The notes below the pieces were generated by a model. The model worked only from the letters and a program-made list of their open reading frames with translations. It was not told the DNA's origin and did not search any database. A stretch of 64,000 nucleotides of DNA, taken from an uncultured Clostridium sp. (GTDB taxonomy: Bacteria > Bacillota > Clostridia > TANB77 > CAG-508). The stretch covers positions 13,465 through 77,464 of the forward strand of contig CAYJIP010000004.1 of the NCBI GenBank assembly GCA_964370265.1, written 5' to 3'. This document shows positions 60,230 through 64,000 of this stretch, piece after piece. Position 1 is the stretch's first letter; each line of letters begins with the position of its first letter. Both the position numbers and the translations under genes were made by a program.

Positions 60230-62188
60230 ATGAGTATCGAAGGTAGACTAGTAGGAAATAGATATGAAATTTTAGAAAAAATAGGAAATGGTGGAATGGC
60301 CACAGTATATAAGGCTATGGATAAAATTCTTAAAAGATATGTGGCTGTTAAAATCTTAAGAGACGAATATACAACAGACGAAGAATTTATTAAAAGATTT
60401 GAATGTGAAGCACAGTCAGCAGCAAAGTTATCACATCAAAATATAGTCTCTGTTTATGATGTAGGTGTAGATGGAAATCTATACTATATTGTAATGGAAT
60501 TAATTCAAGGTAAAACATTAAAAGAATTAATCATAGAAGAAAGAGGTCCTCTTCCGTGGAAATGGGCAGTTAATGTAGCAATACAAATAGCAGCAGCTTT
60601 AGAAGTAGCGCATAGAAATAACATTGTACATAGAGATATTAAACCACACAATATAATAATAACAGAAGAAGGAGTATCAAAAGTTACTGATTTTGGAATA
60701 GCTAAAGCAGTTTCAAATTCAACAATAACATCTTTTGGTACAACTATAGGATCGGTACACTACTTCTCACCAGAACACGCACGTGGTGGATATACTGATG
60801 CTAAATCAGACTTATATTCATTGGGTGTAGTTATGTATGAAATGATGACAGGAAAAGTACCGTTTGATGCAGATACACCAGTTTCAGTTGCTTTAAAACA
60901 TATGCAAGAAGAACCAGAAGAACCGATCGAAATAAATTCAAATATTCCAGTAACAATGAATAAAATAATTGTAAAAGCATTGCAAAAAGATGTTAATTTA
61001 AGATACCAAACAGCAACAGATATTGTTAAAGATTTAAAAATGGTATTAAAAAAACCGACTGAAGATTTTGTTAATGTTGAAAAATATGACCCTACAGCTA
61101 AAACACAAGTTTTAGGAAGAGTAGAAGCAAAATCGACTAAGTCAACAACAAATAAAACAAATAGAAAAGATGAAGAAATGTCATTATTTAAAAAGCATAA
61201 AGTAGTTATAACTGCAATATCTGTAATTATTTTGCTATCAATATTATTAGCATCAACAATGGCAATAATAAATAATGCAAAACCAGATGATGTAGAAATA
61301 CCTCAAGTTGTAGGAATGACAGAAGCGGAAGCTATAGTGAAAGTAGAAGAAAGTGGATTGGAAATTGTTAATATAGGTGAAGAATATAACAAAGATGTTG
61401 AAGCTGGTAAAATAATATCACAAAAACCAGAATTCAGAGAAGGTTATACAATTAAAGAAGGAACAGAAATAGAAATAATTATTAGTAAAGGTGCAGAAAA
61501 AGCAATAGTTCCAAAAGTTATTGGAGAAACAAAAGACGAAGCTATAAAATTATTAGAAGATGCAAAATTCAAAGTAGAAGTATTAGAAGTAACAAGTGAT
61601 ACTATAGAAGAAGGAGCAGTAGTAACTCAAAGCAGTGAAGCAAATTCAGAAATGTTTGCAGGAGATACTATTGTAATTGAAGTTAGTATAGGAACAGGTA
61701 TTGAAAAAGTAACAGTACCAAGTGTTATAACAAAAACAGAAGCTGACGCAATAGTAGCATTAGAAGCGGCTAAACTTACTGTGGAAGTAGTTTATGACGA
61801 AGATAGTACAAAATCAGATGGAGTCGTTATAAAACAAAGTATAGATGTAGGTACGGTATTAGATGCTGGAACAAAAGTAATTATAACTGTAAATAAATTA
61901 CCAGAATTAAAACCAGGTGTAATAACAGTTAATTTAAAATCAGTATTAAATTATGAACCAGAAGAGCCAAAAGAAGATGAAGACCCTGCTCCTGTCGAAA
62001 AAGCAGATGTAAGAATAGAAGTTAATGGTGATATAGTATATAGTCAATCTGTTAGCAAAGATGAAACAAGTATTGTGCAAACATATAATGGAAAAGGAAA
62101 TGTAGAAATTAAATTATATGTAGATAATATATTAAAAGGAACAAAGCAAATTAATATGAATAATGAGACAAATGTTCTTTTTGAATAA
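60230..62188 (+). CDS. prkC: Ser/Thr protein kinase with PASTA repeats (PrkC/StkP-like)
   Basis: It has a Hanks kinase domain (VAVKIL, HRDIKPHNI, DFGIA), a TM helix, three PASTA-like repeats and a C-terminal extension. Confidence 0.9.
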   Translation: MSIEGRLVGNRYEILEKIGNGGMATVYKAMDKILKRYVAVKILRDEYTTDEEFIKRFECEAQSAAKLSHQNIVSVYDVGVDGNLYYIVMELIQGKTLKELIIEERGPLPWKWAVNVAIQIAAALEVAHRNNIVHRDIKPHNIIITEEGVSKVTDFGIAKAVSNSTITSFGTTIGSVHYFSPEHARGGYTDAKSDLYSLGVVMYEMMTGKVPFDADTPVSVALKHMQEEPEEPIEINSNIPVTMNKIIVKALQKDVNLRYQTATDIVKDLKMVLKKPTEDFVNVEKYDPTAKTQVLGRVEAKSTKSTTNKTNRKDEEMSLFKKHKVVITAISVIILLSILLASTMAIINNAKPDDVEIPQVVGMTEAEAIVKVEESGLEIVNIGEEYNKDVEAGKIISQKPEFREGYTIKEGTEIEIIISKGAEKAIVPKVIGETKDEAIKLLEDAKFKVEVLEVTSDTIEEGAVVTQSSEANSEMFAGDTIVIEVSIGTGIEKVTVPSVITKTEADAIVALEAAKLTVEVVYDEDSTKSDGVVIKQSIDVGTVLDAGTKVIITVNKLPELKPGVITVNLKSVLNYEPEEPKEDEDPAPVEKADVRIEVNGDIVYSQSVSKDETSIVQTYNGKGNVEIKLYVDNILKGTKQINMNNETNVLFE

Positions 62189-62261
62189 TAAAGTGATAAA
62201 CAAAAGTAGTAAATAAAAGAAATAATAAAAGTAGTAAATGTAGTAATAACTAAATGTAATC

Positions 62262-62311
62262 AAAAAAAGATAACAGTATCAAATTTATTGAAACTGTTAT
62301 CTGTTTTTTGA
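62262..62311. terminator. Bidirectional terminator between prkC (+) and the BI-1 gene (-)
   Basis: A 10-bp stem agataacagt/actgttatct with a 15-nt loop is followed by gttttttg. An A-run lies upstream. Confidence 0.6.
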
Positions 62312-62359
62312 ATTTTAGTATATTTAATCATATACAGTTTAATCATAGTCTACTTAATC

Positions 62360-63034
62360 TTATTTCCTTTTTCCGAAAATAGATAAAATTCGTATAAAAA
62401 TATTAATAAAATCTAAATATAATTGCATAGCACAATATATGTGTATTTTTTCAGAATCAAGATTAGGATCTTGAGATAACAATTTGATTTTATTTAAATC
62501 ATAAACTGTTATTCCGAAAAATACAAGTAAAATAAACCAATCAACACCTAATGATAATGCAGAACTATTAAAGATAAAAATATTTAATAAAGACATTATT
62601 AATCCGGCAATTAAAAATAAAGTTAAATATGGACCGAATTTACTTAAATTGATTTTTGTTGTATATCCTATAAATCCTAATATTGCAAATATTAAAGCAG
62701 AAATACCAAAAATGTATACAATTGAAGATAATTCAAATATATAGAAAATTGTTGCTAAAGTAACACCATTTATCATAGCATAAACAAAATATAATATACC
62801 AACAGCCATTGGTGGTAATTTTCTAAATAGAAATGAAAATAGTAAAACAATAGCTAATTCAGCAACTAATAAAATTGGGAAATAATCATTGTTTAATATT
62901 GTTGATAATAAATCAGTTGAATATGTGTACCATGCGATAATACCAGAACCAAGTAAGCCTAAAAACATCCAAAAAAATGTTTTTCCAAGTATCTTATTTG
63001 GTTCATTAGTAGTAATAACTTCTTCTTCAAACAT
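62360..63034 (-). CDS. Bax inhibitor-1/YccA family membrane protein
   Basis: It has seven TMs with BI-1-like spacing and a charged C-terminal tail (GKRK). Confidence 0.65.
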   Translation of the reverse strand: MFEEEVITTNEPNKILGKTFFWMFLGLLGSGIIAWYTYSTDLLSTILNNDYFPILLVAELAIVLLFSFLFRKLPPMAVGILYFVYAMINGVTLATIFYIFELSSIVYIFGISALIFAILGFIGYTTKINLSKFGPYLTLFLIAGLIMSLLNIFIFNSSALSLGVDWFILLVFFGITVYDLNKIKLLSQDPNLDSEKIHIYCAMQLYLDFINIFIRILSIFGKRK

Positions 63035-63229
63035 AAAATGCTCCCTTCATAAAATTTAATGTTAGTATAACATAATATTAAGAGATTTACCAATTAATAT
63101 TTTTATAAAACAATAAAACATTAAATTATAAAATAAGCATAAAAATATTAATATTTATAGATAATTTATGTTTTTTGTGAAATAATATAATAGAATAAAT
63201 TATTCAGAAAAATATACTAAAATGAGTGA

Positions 63230-63258
63230 TTGTAAATTAATTATTAATGTGTTAAAAT
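63230..63258 (+). promoter_or_regulatory. Promoter TTGTAA-17-TAAAAT upstream of pilin-like paralog 3
   Basis: Consensus hexamers lie about 90 nt upstream of ATG 63347. Confidence 0.4.
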
Positions 63259-63346
63259 TTGGATAGTAGTAATGAAAATACACATAAGAAGAAAGGGGTA
63301 TATGATAATTAAATATTAATTTAATATACTTATCATAAAGAGTGGA

Positions 63347-64000
63347 ATGGCAAATAAAATAGAGAAAATAGACAATAAAAAAATATATGTAGAAAGTATA
63401 AATAATCAAGGGATTACATTAATTTCAGTTGTAATAACAATAATTGTATTATTAATTTTGACATCTGTTTCAATTGCATTGCTTTTAGGAGAAACGGGAA
63501 TTTTAAATCAGGCAAACAAAGCTAAAATTATATCAGAATTTTCATCATATGAGGAAGCTATGAAATTAGTAGAAGCAGATGATGTTATGAATGATTTAAT
63601 AGAAGGAAAGAAACAAACATCTTTAAGATATAATATATATAGTGGACAAGAGTTAGCAAAAATATTACCCAATGTAGAACAAGAGATAATGGATAGAATA
63701 ATGTATATTGATGGAGAAATGATATATATTGCAGATGAAATAAATCAAGATGTAATTGAGATTGAAAATGCCGGATATCAAATAATCTTAAAAGAAGACG
63801 TTAACTATAGAATAGAATTAGAGATGATAGAAAATTTAGTAGAATTAACAAACATATATGGATATGAGCAAATAGGAAAGCAAATAGAAACAATATATTA
63901 TCCAAATAGTGTATATGTAGGTTTAAATAAATTTGGAGCAGGATGGAATATACTTGGTAATGGTGATACAAGTAGTGAAAATACAAATATAATAAAAGAA
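63347..64000 (+). CDS. Prepilin-like N-terminal domain protein (paralog 3; 3' partial, runs off the window)
   Basis: It reads MANKIEKIDNKKIYVESINNQG|ITLISVVITIIVLLILTSVSIALLLGETGILNQA. No stop occurs through 64000 (218 codons). It is not in the ORF track because it is open-ended. Confidence 0.55.
   Translation, partial: MANKIEKIDNKKIYVESINNQGITLISVVITIIVLLILTSVSIALLLGETGILNQANKAKIISEFSSYEEAMKLVEADDVMNDLIEGKKQTSLRYNIYSGQELAKILPNVEQEIMDRIMYIDGEMIYIADEINQDVIEIENAGYQIILKEDVNYRIELEMIENLVELTNIYGYEQIGKQIETIYYPNSVYVGLNKFGAGWNILGNGDTSSENTNIIKE

Overview
This is a 64-kb chromosomal stretch, very AT-rich, with AGA/ATA/TTA codon usage that points to a low-GC Firmicutes (Clostridia-like) genome. It is almost entirely + strand housekeeping genes:
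- a polysaccharide/teichoic-acid-type export block (pyruvyl transferase, TagH/TagG-like ABC pair, a Prs-like PRPP synthetase, GtrA);
- trpS and obg;
- rimI, tsaB and tsaE on the - strand, with two small membrane protein genes between tsaB and tsaE;
- mreB, mtaB, radA-disA, a cyclophilin;
- a tRNA-His/tRNA-Gln pair;
- a birA-like ligase, mutL-miaA, sepF-divIVA, rsmD, ftsK, a beta-CASP nuclease, a GH15-like hydrolase;
- the glycolytic gap-pgk-tpiA-gpmI operon;
- SPFH/NfeD, clpC, dxs, a YlmH-like S4 protein, mutS2, and stp-prkC.

The most unusual content is a family of three paralogous genes (4394..5896, 26065..27237, 63347..>64000). Each encodes a strongly conserved, non-canonical type-IV-pilin-like N-terminus, GITLIS + 20 hydrophobic residues + GE[NST]GIL, with Ser where the pilin Glu5 normally sits. 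This is fused to unrelated, divergent C-terminal domains.
- Copy 1 carries an FGE/C-type-lectin-like C-terminal domain. Its last ~140 bp switch abruptly to C-ending codons, which resembles a diversity-generating-retroelement variable region. No reverse transcriptase or template repeat is in the window.
- Copy 1 is flanked by ~100-bp direct repeats that are composite terminator/promoter modules.
- Copy 2 sits immediately downstream of a divergent SecD-like/SecF-like pair, probably in one operon.

Other signals:
- conserved-loop terminator/promoter hairpins inside the glycolytic operon;
- a 58-aa ORF translationally coupled to clpC;
- an orphan YezG/DUF600-like immunity-type gene after gpmI;
- a (DY)n-tailed membrane protein;
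- short AT-rich tandem repeats in several intergenic regions.

All calls come from reading the sequence and ORF translations. No database searches were run.
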